In this document: positions 47,247 to 56,716 of the stretch, piece by piece
Position numbering within the stretch: position 1 is the first letter of the stretch
How the letters are laid out: each line of letters starts with the position of its first letter
IMG/VR virus record: IMGVR_UViG_3300035070_003584
Location: 29,032-93,031 of that record
Origin: a virus
Taxonomy: Duplodnaviria; Caudoviricetes
DNA length: 64,000 nucleotides
Reading direction: 5' to 3' (one strand)
Program-made: the position numbers and the translations under genes
Notes under the pieces: generated by a model
The model's database searches: none
What the model was told of the DNA's origin: nothing
Seen by the model: only the letters and a program-made list of their open reading frames with translations

Positions 47247-47364
47247 ATGTGAAGAATGTGATAACATCACAATTATTCTAGTAGAATCTGGTGATACTCC
47301 TGAATTCTGTCCTATCTGTGGACGAAGAGCAGACGTAGAGGACATTTCAGAACCTAATATATAA
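47224..47364 (+). CDS. Zinc-ribbon protein (46 aa)
   Basis: CEEC..PEFCPICG; GTG start. Confidence 0.65.
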   Translation: MENEFRIECEECDNITIILVESGDTPEFCPICGRRADVEDISEPNI

Positions 47365-47368
47365 GTAT

Positions 47369-47797
47369 ATGTGGTATTATAATGAAAAGCCTTACGAAGA
47401 AACTCCAGAAGAATATCAAGGATTTGTGTATCAGATTACTGAACTTGATACCGGTAAAAAATATATTGGTAAAAAGAACTTTTGGAAACCAAAAATCTTA
47501 CCAAAGAACTCTAAAAGGACTAGACGGGTACGAACTCGTGTTGAGTCCGACTGGCTCACTTACTTTGGTAGTAGTGAAGAAGTCAAATTACTCATCGAAG
47601 AAAAAGGTGAAAAGAACTATAAGAGAGAGATTCTTCGCCTTTGTCAGACAAAAGGTGAGATGTCGTATTATGAGGCAAAACTCCAATTTGAAAGGGACGT
47701 ACTACTCAGCGATGAGTACTACAATAGTTTTATCGGATGCAAGATACACAAGAGACATTTACCCAAAAACTTATCGAATACTACGGTGACCGATTAG
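47369..47797 (+). CDS. GIY-YIG (Seg-like) nuclease-domain protein
   Basis: GFVYQIT..GKKYIGKK, ESDW..Y.GS, REIL..C, YYEAK.QF, YYN. Confidence 0.85.
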   Translation: MWYYNEKPYEETPEEYQGFVYQITELDTGKKYIGKKNFWKPKILPKNSKRTRRVRTRVESDWLTYFGSSEEVKLLIEEKGEKNYKREILRLCQTKGEMSYYEAKLQFERDVLLSDEYYNSFIGCKIHKRHLPKNLSNTTVTD

Positions 47798-47848
47798 TCG
47801 ATCCAAATCTATACCCAAAAACTTTTGACTATCAAGTGCAGATTTTTG

Positions 47849-47896
47849 TTTACATTTACGGAAAAGTATGATATAATAGTATCATAATCAAAAAGT
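47849..47896 (+). promoter_or_regulatory. Early promoter plus leader cassette
   Basis: TTTACA-N17-TATAAT, AGTATCATAATCAAAAAG. Confidence 0.8.
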
Positions 47897-47910
47897 GTAA
47901 AAGGTATGTT

Positions 47911-48150
47911 ATGTTTCAGACTGGTGATAAAATAAAACTCAAAGGCAAATCGCGGCACGGTAAAAATCGTATTCATCAATTTGGTGATTCATTTACTGTA
48001 GTTGATATTCGACCCCGAATCCAAACAACTGCGCATCGGGAATGTGTTGGACCATTTGCTTTTTTAAATTGCGCACAACCACATTTATTGGCTGGCAGCC
48101 GTTGGATAGCGCTTAGTAATGATGACCCAGACTTTGAGGTGGTACAATGA
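47911..48150 (+). CDS. Early hypothetical protein
   Basis: LKGKSRHGKNRI.QFG..RW....DPDFEV. Confidence 0.7.
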   Translation: MFQTGDKIKLKGKSRHGKNRIHQFGDSFTVVDIRPRIQTTAHRECVGPFAFLNCAQPHLLAGSRWIALSNDDPDFEVVQ

Positions 48151-48998
48151 TATTAATGGACTTCAGTGGTATTGCAATTGCAACGATTGCAGTAAATAAA
48201 GTAAATGATGAGAATATGCTTCGGCATATGATTCTAAATTCAATTCGTATGTACAATAAAAAGTTCAAGGCCGAATATGGTCAAATGATCCTTTGTTGTG
48301 ATGGTCCAAATAATTGGCGTAAAACATATTATCCACAATATAAGGCCAATCGTAAAAAGTCACGTGATGAGTCAGGCTTTGATTGGCAAGAAGCTTTCCG
48401 GATTATGCACTTGGTCAAAGAAGAGATCAAGGAAAACTTTCCATATAAGGTATTGCATATCGACCAATGCGAGGCAGATGATATCATTGGTACTCTTACC
48501 GAAAACACACAAGAGTTTGGCCAATACGAAAATGTTATGATTGTATCATCTGACAAGGATTTTCTACAATTACAACAATATCCTAATGTTCGTCAGTGGT
48601 CACATATGCAGAAAAAAGAAATGAAGGATGCCAACCCAAAGGTTAACCTTATCGAAAAAATCCTTACTGGTGACTCTGGCGATGGTGTGCCTAATGTATT
48701 ATCACATGATGATACCTTTGTGAATGGTGAGAGACAAGTGCCATTGTCTAAAAAGAAAAAAGAAGCTATTATAGAGGATTTGGCAGATGGTGAATTATTA
48801 TATGCAGCTTCATGGTATCGTAACTATCAGCGTAATGAAACACTTATTGATCTAAATAAAACACCGGTCGCCATAAAAGAAGAAATAATAAAAGAATTTA
48901 ATTCCCAAAATCCTAAGGATAATGGGGCTCGTGTGTTTCCTTATCTTATAAATAAAAATATGAAAATGCTAATTGAATCCGTGGAGGAATTTCTATAA
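48147..48998 (+). CDS. rnh: T4-type RNase H / 5'-3' exonuclease
   Basis: WRK..YP.YKANR, EADDII, SSDKDF.QL, GDSGDGVPN. Confidence 0.95.
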   Translation: MILMDFSGIAIATIAVNKVNDENMLRHMILNSIRMYNKKFKAEYGQMILCCDGPNNWRKTYYPQYKANRKKSRDESGFDWQEAFRIMHLVKEEIKENFPYKVLHIDQCEADDIIGTLTENTQEFGQYENVMIVSSDKDFLQLQQYPNVRQWSHMQKKEMKDANPKVNLIEKILTGDSGDGVPNVLSHDDTFVNGERQVPLSKKKKEAIIEDLADGELLYAASWYRNYQRNETLIDLNKTPVAIKEEIIKEFNSQNPKDNGARVFPYLINKNMKMLIESVEEFL

Positions 48999-48999
48999 A

Positions 49000-49419
49000 A
49001 TGCCTAAGTATGTATTTGAAGTTTTACAAGAAGTAGTAAAACAAAAAGCAAAAGATGACAAGGTCCGTGTTCTTAAACAGAATGAATCATGGGCTTTAAA
49101 AGATGTTCTAAGGGGGACCTTTGATTCGAAGGTTGCATGGAATTTACCTGAAGGTGAGCCGCCATATGAGGCATCAGAGCCGCATAACCATCCATCAAAT
49201 CTTATCCGTGAACATAAGAAATTCAAATATTTTGTAAAAGGTCTTAAAGAAAGTGAACAGCTACCTAAATTCAAAAGGGAAAGACTCTTTTTGGCAATGC
49301 TAGAGAGTGTACACCCAGATGATGCAAAGTTGCTTATTGAAATGATTAATAAAAGACCACCTAAAAAGCTAAGTCGCTCTATCGTAGAGGAGGCGTTTCC
49401 TGGTCTACTCAGAGATTAA
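49000..49419 (+). CDS. Conserved T4-like hypothetical protein
   Basis: LPEGEPPY, KRE.LF..MLE.VHP.DA, V.EAFP. Confidence 0.75.
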   Translation: MPKYVFEVLQEVVKQKAKDDKVRVLKQNESWALKDVLRGTFDSKVAWNLPEGEPPYEASEPHNHPSNLIREHKKFKYFVKGLKESEQLPKFKRERLFLAMLESVHPDDAKLLIEMINKRPPKKLSRSIVEEAFPGLLRD

Positions 49420-49445
49420 TCCTCTCTCATTTCTAATCTCAACTG

Positions 49446-49479
49446 CGAGTGTGTGCTTATTTGTGCGCGCTCGTTTTTT
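49446..49479 (+). terminator. Terminator-like hairpin
   Basis: CGAGTGTGTGC..GTGCGCGCTCG followed by T6 (several G.U pairs). Confidence 0.55.
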
Positions 49480-49498
49480 CTTTACCAAAGGAACTCAC

Positions 49499-49666
49499 AT
49501 GCCAATCATGCAACTCGAAAGACTTAAGAACGATCTTATTGAACTTGAGACATATGCCGAAAAGCTTATGAAAAAGGGTAGGTCAATGGAAGCAAAAAAC
49601 ATTCTTAAGAAAAGAGATTTTATGATGCGAACGCTAATATCACAGGGAGTTCAAATTTCTTCTTAA
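49499..49666 (+). CDS. Small hypothetical protein
   Basis: SD AAGGA before ATG 49499. Confidence 0.55.
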   Translation: MPIMQLERLKNDLIELETYAEKLMKKGRSMEAKNILKKRDFMMRTLISQGVQISS

Positions 49667-49682
49667 AAACACAAATAAGTTG

Positions 49683-49711
49683 TTTACAAGACAGTGATTA
49701 TTTGGTATAAT
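49683..49711 (+). promoter_or_regulatory. Early promoter
   Basis: TTTACA-N17-TATAAT. Confidence 0.7.
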
Positions 49712-49745
49712 ATAATATATTAATTATGCGGAAGTGGTATACATT

Positions 49746-50330
49746 ATGAATATTTTTGTTTTGTCTCAAGACCCAGTTGTTGCTGCACAAATGCAATGTG
49801 ATAAACATGTTGTAAAAATGATAGTAGAGTCAGCACAAATGCTATCAACTGCTCATCGGATGTGTGATGGCCATAAATCAAAGCGGCCATCCAAATCTGG
49901 TAAGCGTATGGTATGGTACTATGATCTATATGAAGGTGCCGATGACCTAGAAGCAGAATTGCTCTACTATAAAGCAGTACATCATTATCATCCTTGCACT
50001 GTCTGGACCATGGAATCAGATACCAATTATCGTTGGCACTATGAGCATTTTATTGCACTTTGTGATGAATATACATATCGGTATGGTAAAATTCATGGTA
50101 CCGACTCTAAACTAAGAAATGCATTATGGACAATGCCAAGAAATATTCCAAAAGGTCCATTGACAGAATTTAAATTGGCTATGGCATCCAATCCGGAATG
50201 TTTCTTTTATAATGATCCAGTTAAATCGTACCGAGCATTTTACCAAACAAAACAAGATCGGTTCAAAATGGAATGGACCAAACGGCCTGTACCATCATGG
50301 TTTATACAAAAGGAAGAATGTAATGGATAA
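49746..50330 (+). CDS. Pyrimidine-dimer DNA glycosylase (DenV-related) family protein
   Basis: MNIFVL, DKHVVKMIVESAQMLSTAH, HPCT.W, EYT.RYGK.H. Confidence 0.75.
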   Translation: MNIFVLSQDPVVAAQMQCDKHVVKMIVESAQMLSTAHRMCDGHKSKRPSKSGKRMVWYYDLYEGADDLEAELLYYKAVHHYHPCTVWTMESDTNYRWHYEHFIALCDEYTYRYGKIHGTDSKLRNALWTMPRNIPKGPLTEFKLAMASNPECFFYNDPVKSYRAFYQTKQDRFKMEWTKRPVPSWFIQKEECNG

Positions 50331-50499
50331 ATTAGACCAAATTGATATTATTGAAAATGAAATTGCATACGCAAAGTCGTGTTTGCAACCACATGATACT
50401 GGTCATATTAATACTGCTATTGCTTGGATGCAAAGTAGAATTACTGCAATAAAGGAAGAGATCAGAGAAGATGCCAGTCTATACCTTAAAAGATACTAA
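50323..50499 (+). CDS. Hypothetical protein
   Basis: PHDTGHI.TAI motif; coupled. Confidence 0.6.
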   Translation: MDKLDQIDIIENEIAYAKSCLQPHDTGHINTAIAWMQSRITAIKEEIREDASLYLKRY

Positions 50500-50707
50500 A
50501 ACGGATAAGGAAATAGAAGTAAATTGCAGTTATGATGAATTGCAAGAGATTCTTAATGCAGAATCCGATTTAGTTAAAATGCTTTCTACTCCTTCATTTG
50601 TTTCATCAACAAAGACACATGCCAATTCTGGCACATCCGACGGTTGGAAAGACCTTTTAGGCCGCATCAATAAAGGTGCCGGCAGACAGAGTAAAATTAA
50701 AACATGA
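50471..50707 (+). CDS. FmdB-like small protein
   Basis: MPVYT..; DGWKDLL.RI; lies just before phoH. Confidence 0.6.
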   Translation: MPVYTLKDTKTDKEIEVNCSYDELQEILNAESDLVKMLSTPSFVSSTKTHANSGTSDGWKDLLGRINKGAGRQSKIKT

Positions 50708-51384
50708 CCAGTAAATCTCGAGCAACAATTAATGATTTGGTTATACACGAACCGATCACTGAAAACCAAGTTAAAGCATATGAAGCTTGGGATAATGGCG
50801 ATAATTTAGTATTGGCTGGTTCTGCCGGTACTGGTAAGACATTTGTCGCAATGTATTTAGCACTTGAAGCAATGTTGGAAAAGGCAACACCATACGATAA
50901 AATTATAATCTTTAGATCAATTGTCCCTACACGAGACATCGGTTATTTACCTGGTAGTTTGGATGAAAAGAAAGCACCATATGAAATCACATATCAAGGT
51001 ATGTGTACACAGTTGATTGGTGATGCGGCCGGCTATAATAGACTTATCTCATCCAAACAAATTGAATTTCATACTACTTCTTTTATTAGAGGTATGACTA
51101 TTGATAATGCAATTATTGTTGTAGATGAGATGCAGAACTTAAATTTCCATGAATTGGATTCTGTAATTACTCGTGTTGGTGAAAATTGTCGTATTGTGTT
51201 TAGCGGTGATTACAATCAATCTGACTTTAAAGATGGATTTGAAAAAGAAGGAATTCAAAAGTTTCTAAGAATTGTAGAACATCTTAAAAACTTTACTATT
51301 GTGCAATTTGGATGGCATGATATTGTTCGTTCTGACTTTCTTCGTGATTATATTATGGCTAAAGAGTTTCTTGGCTATCGGTAA
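50704..51384 (+). CDS. phoH: PhoH-family ATPase
   Basis: GSAGTGKTF, IGYLPG, FIRGMT, VDEMQN, GD..QSD, DIVRS. Confidence 0.95.
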   Translation: MTSKSRATINDLVIHEPITENQVKAYEAWDNGDNLVLAGSAGTGKTFVAMYLALEAMLEKATPYDKIIIFRSIVPTRDIGYLPGSLDEKKAPYEITYQGMCTQLIGDAAGYNRLISSKQIEFHTTSFIRGMTIDNAIIVVDEMQNLNFHELDSVITRVGENCRIVFSGDYNQSDFKDGFEKEGIQKFLRIVEHLKNFTIVQFGWHDIVRSDFLRDYIMAKEFLGYR

Positions 51385-51390
51385 TAGTTG

Positions 51391-51419
51391 TTTACTTTTT
51401 GGCTAAATTGTGATATAAT
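51391..51419 (+). promoter_or_regulatory. Early promoter
   Basis: TTTACT-N17-TATAAT. Confidence 0.65.
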
Positions 51420-51449
51420 AGTATATTATAATAAAAAAGGTTAGGTTAT

Positions 51450-52124
51450 ATGAGGGAATTTATTCATGAGAAAATTGATCTTGGATACGAGGATTTGGTT
51501 GCAGACACACGTCCATCAGGCAGAACTTATAGTACTCCTGACGGTAGTCGGTACCCTAGCATTACTACAGTATTAAGTATTTTATCAGAAGAAGCAATTG
51601 CTAAATGGAGGGCTCGAGTTGGGATCGAGGAAGCAAATAAGATCGGTCAGAGAGCTTCTGGCCGTGGAACCCTAGTACATTCAATTATTGAAAGGTATTT
51701 GCTAAATGAAGACACTAAAGACTTTCTTCCACACATTAGACAATCTCTCGAAAATGTTCGTCCAATCCTTGATGAAAGACTTGGAACGATATATGGTCTT
51801 GAGGTACCTCTTTATTCTAGTTATCTTGGTCTCGCTGGTAGAGTTGATTGTGTTGCCGAGTTTGATGGTGTACCATCTATCGTAGATTTTAAAACATCCA
51901 AACGAGTAAAGAAGAAAGAACACATTTCTAATTACTTTGCTCAAATGGCTGGTTATGCCGTAATGTGGGAAGAACGCACTGGCATACCAATTACCAATAC
52001 AGTGGTTATCATGGATGTTGATGATAATGAACCATTAGTGTTCAAAGAACATCGTGATAACCACATCCAACTCCTCCTTGACACCAAAAAAGAATACGAT
52101 CGCCGTAAACTTTTTTTTAATTAA
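51450..52124 (+). CDS. PD-(D/E)xK exonuclease
   Basis: YPSITTVL, RGT.VH, AGRVD, IVDFKTS, Q..GYA. Confidence 0.9.
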   Translation: MREFIHEKIDLGYEDLVADTRPSGRTYSTPDGSRYPSITTVLSILSEEAIAKWRARVGIEEANKIGQRASGRGTLVHSIIERYLLNEDTKDFLPHIRQSLENVRPILDERLGTIYGLEVPLYSSYLGLAGRVDCVAEFDGVPSIVDFKTSKRVKKKEHISNYFAQMAGYAVMWEERTGIPITNTVVIMDVDDNEPLVFKEHRDNHIQLLLDTKKEYDRRKLFFN

Positions 52125-52138
52125 TTACATTTTAGGGG

Positions 52139-52192
52139 TTTACATACCGATAAAAGTGTGATATAATAGTACCATAATCAAAAAGGAAAGGA
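52139..52192 (+). promoter_or_regulatory. Early promoter plus leader cassette
   Basis: TTTACA-N17-TATAAT, AGTACCATAATCAAAAAGGAAAGG. Confidence 0.8.
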
Positions 52193-52199
52193 AAAGATT

Positions 52200-52400
52200 A
52201 TGGGAATGAGCTCATATGTATTAGATCAAGAAGAAAAGTTGTTTGATCTTATTGAAGATACTATCAAAAACAGTGAACATCTTACTGATGTAATGACAGA
52301 AGTCGTTAAACAAAAAAATCTAGTGCCACATTGGTCAGTGCAAGAGATTGAAGATTGTGTAAGTGAATGCTGGAATGATTATTGGGAGAGCAAAATATGA
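52200..52400 (+). CDS. Acidic early protein, paralog of 27788..27988
   Basis: MGMSSYVLDQEEK..LVPHWSVQEIED..YWESKI. Confidence 0.8.
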   Translation: MGMSSYVLDQEEKLFDLIEDTIKNSEHLTDVMTEVVKQKNLVPHWSVQEIEDCVSECWNDYWESKI

Positions 52401-52912
52401 CAATTTATCTAGATATGGATGGTGTAATTACAGACTTCTTTGGTGGTGTTGCTAAAAAGTTTGGTGTTGATCATTGGAAATCAATCCAGGATCGCGAGAT
52501 TGCTTTTGCTACTCTTGCCAATACTGACTTCTTTTACGATCTTGATATCTTTCCTGAGACATATTCAATTGTTAAATTTGTCAAAGAAATCTCTGGTGGT
52601 GATTGGGGTATCTGTTCATCACCAATGCGCGGTGATATAATGAATTCAGCCTATTGGAAAAGACAATGGTTGAATCGTTGGGATATTACACCACCTTTGG
52701 TAGAGAATATGATCTTTACTTCTAATAAGCATAAGTATGCAATGAATAAATTAGATCGTACTCGTAATATTTTGATTGATGATAAACTACAAAATATTGA
52801 TCGTTGGAATCAAGCTGGTGGTATTGGTATTCGCTTCCAGTGTAATGAAGATGATACTAATGAATACTTATTCCCAGCTATTAAAGAGGCACTACAATAT
52901 GCAAATCGCTGA
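52397..52912 (+). CDS. HAD-family 5'(3')-deoxyribonucleotidase-like protein
   Basis: YLDMDGV..DF, K..W, LIDD..N...W...GG.GI. Confidence 0.85.
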   Translation: MTIYLDMDGVITDFFGGVAKKFGVDHWKSIQDREIAFATLANTDFFYDLDIFPETYSIVKFVKEISGGDWGICSSPMRGDIMNSAYWKRQWLNRWDITPPLVENMIFTSNKHKYAMNKLDRTRNILIDDKLQNIDRWNQAGGIGIRFQCNEDDTNEYLFPAIKEALQYANR

Positions 52913-53147
52913 ATTGTTAAATATGAGAACAGACTTTGAAAACACTATTGAGGATTTTAAAATACCTCAAGAATATTCGGGTTCTGATATAAATAGTCTT
53001 AATTGGTTTATTGAGAACGGGCATAAGTCTAATTCACTTCGTGATGGATTCACAAAAGCTCTGCAAATTGCAGAGGCAATCACAACGGAGTACTATAATG
53101 ACAGAGCCGACGAAGGAAGCAATTGCAGCAGCAAGGAAGACTATTGA
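52899..53147 (+). CDS. Hypothetical protein
   Basis: Coupled ORF; INSLNWF..NG.KSN..R. Confidence 0.55.
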   Translation: MQIAELLNMRTDFENTIEDFKIPQEYSGSDINSLNWFIENGHKSNSLRDGFTKALQIAEAITTEYYNDRADEGSNCSSKEDY

Positions 53148-53466
53148 TGGTCTAGACGATGCTGATACCAATGGCGATGGGCATATCACTGCAGAAGAGC
53201 TTGATATGCATCTCGAGTTTAAAAGAAAAGAACTTGAAGATGCAGATGCACAAAGAGATGCTATGAGAAAAATGACTTGGTTTGCATTATTTGGTATGTT
53301 ACTATATCCTGCCATTATCTTAATCACTACGATTATGGGGCAGGATAAAGCAGCACAACTTATTAGTGATATTGCTCCAACTTATTTTGTCTCTATTTCT
53401 GTTTTGGTTGCTGCCTTTTTTGGTGCTGATGCAGTCAAAGGTAAAACGGCGGCTCCTAAGAAATGA
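53098..53466 (+). CDS. EF-hand plus two-TM membrane protein (holin-like)
   Basis: DADTNGDGHITAEEL; two hydrophobic helices; TATAAATA upstream near 52988. Confidence 0.65.
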   Translation: MTEPTKEAIAAARKTIDGLDDADTNGDGHITAEELDMHLEFKRKELEDADAQRDAMRKMTWFALFGMLLYPAIILITTIMGQDKAAQLISDIAPTYFVSISVLVAAFFGADAVKGKTAAPKK

Positions 53467-53930
53467 TGGATCTAGAAAATATACCAAAGATCATTGCCAT
53501 TGTTACTGCTTCATTTGGTGCTGTTGGTGGTGGTTATACGTTGTGGGATAAACTGCAGTCAAAGGATATCTTAACATGGGCACCAGAGCATTTTCAAGTA
53601 AGTAATGCATCAGTCAATGGATCTTTTGATGTTGTAGTTGCAAGAGAAAAGCATAGAGATGATTGTAAGGTAACTGGATTCAGACTTGAAGTCAAAGACA
53701 GTAAATATCATGTCCATAAAGCAATTCCAAGTATAGCAAAGTTCAGTGGTCCGGCAAGTGAGAAGATTGATAAGTTTGGTTTCTCATTTACAATAGACCA
53801 AGAACATAAAGATATGATTAAACCAGGAGAAGCAATTCTATTGGCACATATTGACTATGAGTGTCCTGAAGGTCCAGTCGTAGTGAACTATCCTGATCAC
53901 GAGAATTTGAGATTTATGATAACAAACTAG
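53463..53930 (+). CDS. Membrane-anchored periplasmic protein
   Basis: N-terminal TM; two Cys. Confidence 0.65.
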   Translation: MMDLENIPKIIAIVTASFGAVGGGYTLWDKLQSKDILTWAPEHFQVSNASVNGSFDVVVAREKHRDDCKVTGFRLEVKDSKYHVHKAIPSIAKFSGPASEKIDKFGFSFTIDQEHKDMIKPGEAILLAHIDYECPEGPVVVNYPDHENLRFMITN

Positions 53931-53970
53931 GTTAATATATAATATTAGTTATGTAATAAAGTGAGTAATT

Positions 53971-54765
53971 ATGAAAAGATTGATTTACCAAGTTGCTGTT
54001 GGTGCAAAGTCTAGACTATATAAACACTGTATCCAATCGTGCGCAGAATATTGTGCAAAACATGATATTAATCATATTGTACAGACCATACCAAAATTAA
54101 GAATTAAACCAGATATCTTTGTTACAAATCGTAGTAAAGAGTCATATGAAAAGCATGGTGGATTCCTTCCAATCTATGAGAAGGAAAATGCCTTTTCATA
54201 TTTTGACCAATACGATCAGATTGCTATTATTGATGCCGATATCTATATCCGTACAGATGCTCCAAATATTTTTGATGACCTAAAACCAGAAGCAGATTTT
54301 GGTGGAGTTGTCGAAGCATCCATGCCTATTCTACCATGGTATGTGCAAAAAATTTCCAATTATTCTAAAATGCAATATGGTCAATTAAAAATCAATTGGC
54401 AATATAATGAAGCAACTGGATTCCCATTTATGAATATGGGAATGATGGTAATGAATAAATCATTTGCAAAATATCTGAATGGACAGACACCAGAACAATT
54501 TATTCGCCGCGAAGAGTTTAAAAAGTTTGTTGATGGTATGGGTGGTTGGAAATGGTCTACAGACCAAACACTACTTAATTACTGGGTAAATACGTGTGGT
54601 ATGACCGTGCAGAAGCTTGATTGGAAATGGAACGCACTTTATACTGCAATAGATAATAGTAAAATTAAAGAAGCAAATTTTGTACATTTTTTCCTAAAGG
54701 ATAAACTACCAAACCGCGGTGAAGATGTAAAAGAATTAATGAAACAAATTGGAGTAGACGAATGA
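53971..54765 (+). CDS. GT-A fold (GT8-like) glycosyltransferase
   Basis: IIDADI (DxD), NMGMMV, DQTLLN, WNAL, FVHF. Confidence 0.82.
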   Translation: MKRLIYQVAVGAKSRLYKHCIQSCAEYCAKHDINHIVQTIPKLRIKPDIFVTNRSKESYEKHGGFLPIYEKENAFSYFDQYDQIAIIDADIYIRTDAPNIFDDLKPEADFGGVVEASMPILPWYVQKISNYSKMQYGQLKINWQYNEATGFPFMNMGMMVMNKSFAKYLNGQTPEQFIRREEFKKFVDGMGGWKWSTDQTLLNYWVNTCGMTVQKLDWKWNALYTAIDNSKIKEANFVHFFLKDKLPNRGEDVKELMKQIGVDE

Positions 54766-55904
54766 GAATTATTGTATTAGGTGGTGATGGGTTCTGTGGT
54801 TGGCCTACATCGTTAAAGTTATTGGATGAAGGTCATGATGTTCTCATTATTGATAATCTTGTTCGGCGGAAGATTGATAAAGAACTAGGTTCAAATTCAC
54901 TTACCAATATTAGTGACCCTGGCCAGAGAATTAAAGTTGCCCGCGCAATGATTGGTGGTAGCATTGATATCGTCAATACTGATATTAATAATTATGATGA
55001 GTTATTAGATATTATTTCTGTTTTTTATCCAGATACCATCATCCATTTTGCCGAACAACGTGCTGCTCCATATTCAATGATTAATTCTACAACTCGGCGC
55101 TATACGGTTGATAATAATATCACCAACACACATAATATTCTTTCTGCAATTGTAGAAGTAAATCCAGATATTCACTTGGTACATTTGGGTACAATGGGTG
55201 TATATGGTTATTCGAAAGAGTTTGGCGATATTCCAGAAGGTTATCTGAATGTAAAGATTAACTCTACCGAAAAGGATGTTGATATTCTATATCCTACAAA
55301 TCCTGGTAGTGTTTATCATATGACCAAATCTATGGACCAATTGCTATTCCAATTCTATAATAAGAACTGGGGGCTTAAAATTACTGATCTACACCAAGGT
55401 ATTGTTTGGGGAACACAAACCGAACAAACTAGAAAACATGAGACGCTCACCAACAGATTTGATTATGATGGAATCTATGGTACTGTGTTAAATCGTTTTA
55501 TCTCTCAGGCAGCAACTGGTAATGATATTACTGTCTATGGTATTGGTGGTCAAAAACGCGCCTTTATTCATATTGAAGATACTGCTCGGTGTGTTGCACT
55601 GGCCGTACAAAATCCACCAAGTAAAGGTAAGGTTCGTATCTTTAATCAAGTTTCAGAGGTTATGTCTGTAAAACAACTTGCCGAATTGTGTGCAGAATCG
55701 TATGGTGGTACTATTAAGTATGTCGATAATCCTCGTAAAGAACTTGCAGAGAATGATCTATCTGTGAGTAATGAAGGGCTTAAAAGCCTAGGGTTTAAAC
55801 CCATTACATTAAATAAAGGTTTGGTTGATGATGTAAAGTTTATTGCAGAAAAGATGAAAGATAATCTAAATGTAAATAATATTCTTACATCACCAAAGTG
55901 GTAA
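54762..55904 (+). CDS. sqdB: UDP-sulfoquinovose synthase
   Basis: GGDGFCGWPTSL, HFAEQRAAPYSM, HLGTMGVYG, PGSVYHMTK, TDLHQGIVWG, RFDYDG.YGTVLNRF, P..R.E..EN.L. Confidence 0.93.
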   Translation: MRIIVLGGDGFCGWPTSLKLLDEGHDVLIIDNLVRRKIDKELGSNSLTNISDPGQRIKVARAMIGGSIDIVNTDINNYDELLDIISVFYPDTIIHFAEQRAAPYSMINSTTRRYTVDNNITNTHNILSAIVEVNPDIHLVHLGTMGVYGYSKEFGDIPEGYLNVKINSTEKDVDILYPTNPGSVYHMTKSMDQLLFQFYNKNWGLKITDLHQGIVWGTQTEQTRKHETLTNRFDYDGIYGTVLNRFISQAATGNDITVYGIGGQKRAFIHIEDTARCVALAVQNPPSKGKVRIFNQVSEVMSVKQLAELCAESYGGTIKYVDNPRKELAENDLSVSNEGLKSLGFKPITLNKGLVDDVKFIAEKMKDNLNVNNILTSPKW

Positions 55905-55906
55905 TT

Positions 55907-56716
55907 ATGAAAACACTGATATATCAATGTTGGGATGGTACTGAACGACCTGGTAATATGGCTGGTATTGAAGCCATGGAACAGTATGCCAAAAGAATTG
56001 GGGCAGATCATAAGTACGAACACAATCCAAAATTTAGGACAGACTTAGGTTCCTATTCTGCAAATTATGGTAAATTTAAACCAATATTCGAAGATGAATA
56101 TTCTGAATATGATTATATTATGTATGCAGATTGCGATGTTGTACCAACAGATATTTGTAATGAAAACATTTTTGAACAATTCTATGGTACTAATTTTGAA
56201 ATTGGTATCTGTGAAGAAATTAATGCACCATTGACCAGAAAAAAATATACTATTGGTGGTGGAATTAATAACGCCAATGATGAAAAATGGGTAGCACTTA
56301 TTGAAAAAAAGTGGCCAGTAAAAATGCCACGTACTACCGATGGTCTACCTAAGGTTTATAATACCGGTGTTATTATTTACTCTAAGGCTGGATTGGTAAA
56401 AGCAAGAGAAAAGTTATACGATTTTGCAAAATATGTAAATTTAGCTAAGGTATTTAATCTGCCGGCATTCTATACTTGTGATCAACCTTATTTTCATGCA
56501 ATGTTAGAAGTATGCGCATTTGATTGGTTGACCATGGACTATAAATGGAATAGTTCTGTCCACTTTGATCCAGGGAATAAACAACAACCAAGGCCAGTAA
56601 TTGATTTAAGAAAAAATGCAAATATGGTACATATTCAATTAAATGGTGCAGATAATTGGCCGGCCGATAAAATTAAACGAGTAGTAAATCTACCTGTTTC
56701 TGAATGGAATCTATAA
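55907..56716 (+). CDS. GT-A fold glycosyltransferase
   Basis: YADCDV, YNTGVI, DQPY, WN, VH. Confidence 0.78.
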   Translation: MKTLIYQCWDGTERPGNMAGIEAMEQYAKRIGADHKYEHNPKFRTDLGSYSANYGKFKPIFEDEYSEYDYIMYADCDVVPTDICNENIFEQFYGTNFEIGICEEINAPLTRKKYTIGGGINNANDEKWVALIEKKWPVKMPRTTDGLPKVYNTGVIIYSKAGLVKAREKLYDFAKYVNLAKVFNLPAFYTCDQPYFHAMLEVCAFDWLTMDYKWNSSVHFDPGNKQQPRPVIDLRKNANMVHIQLNGADNWPADKIKRVVNLPVSEWNL

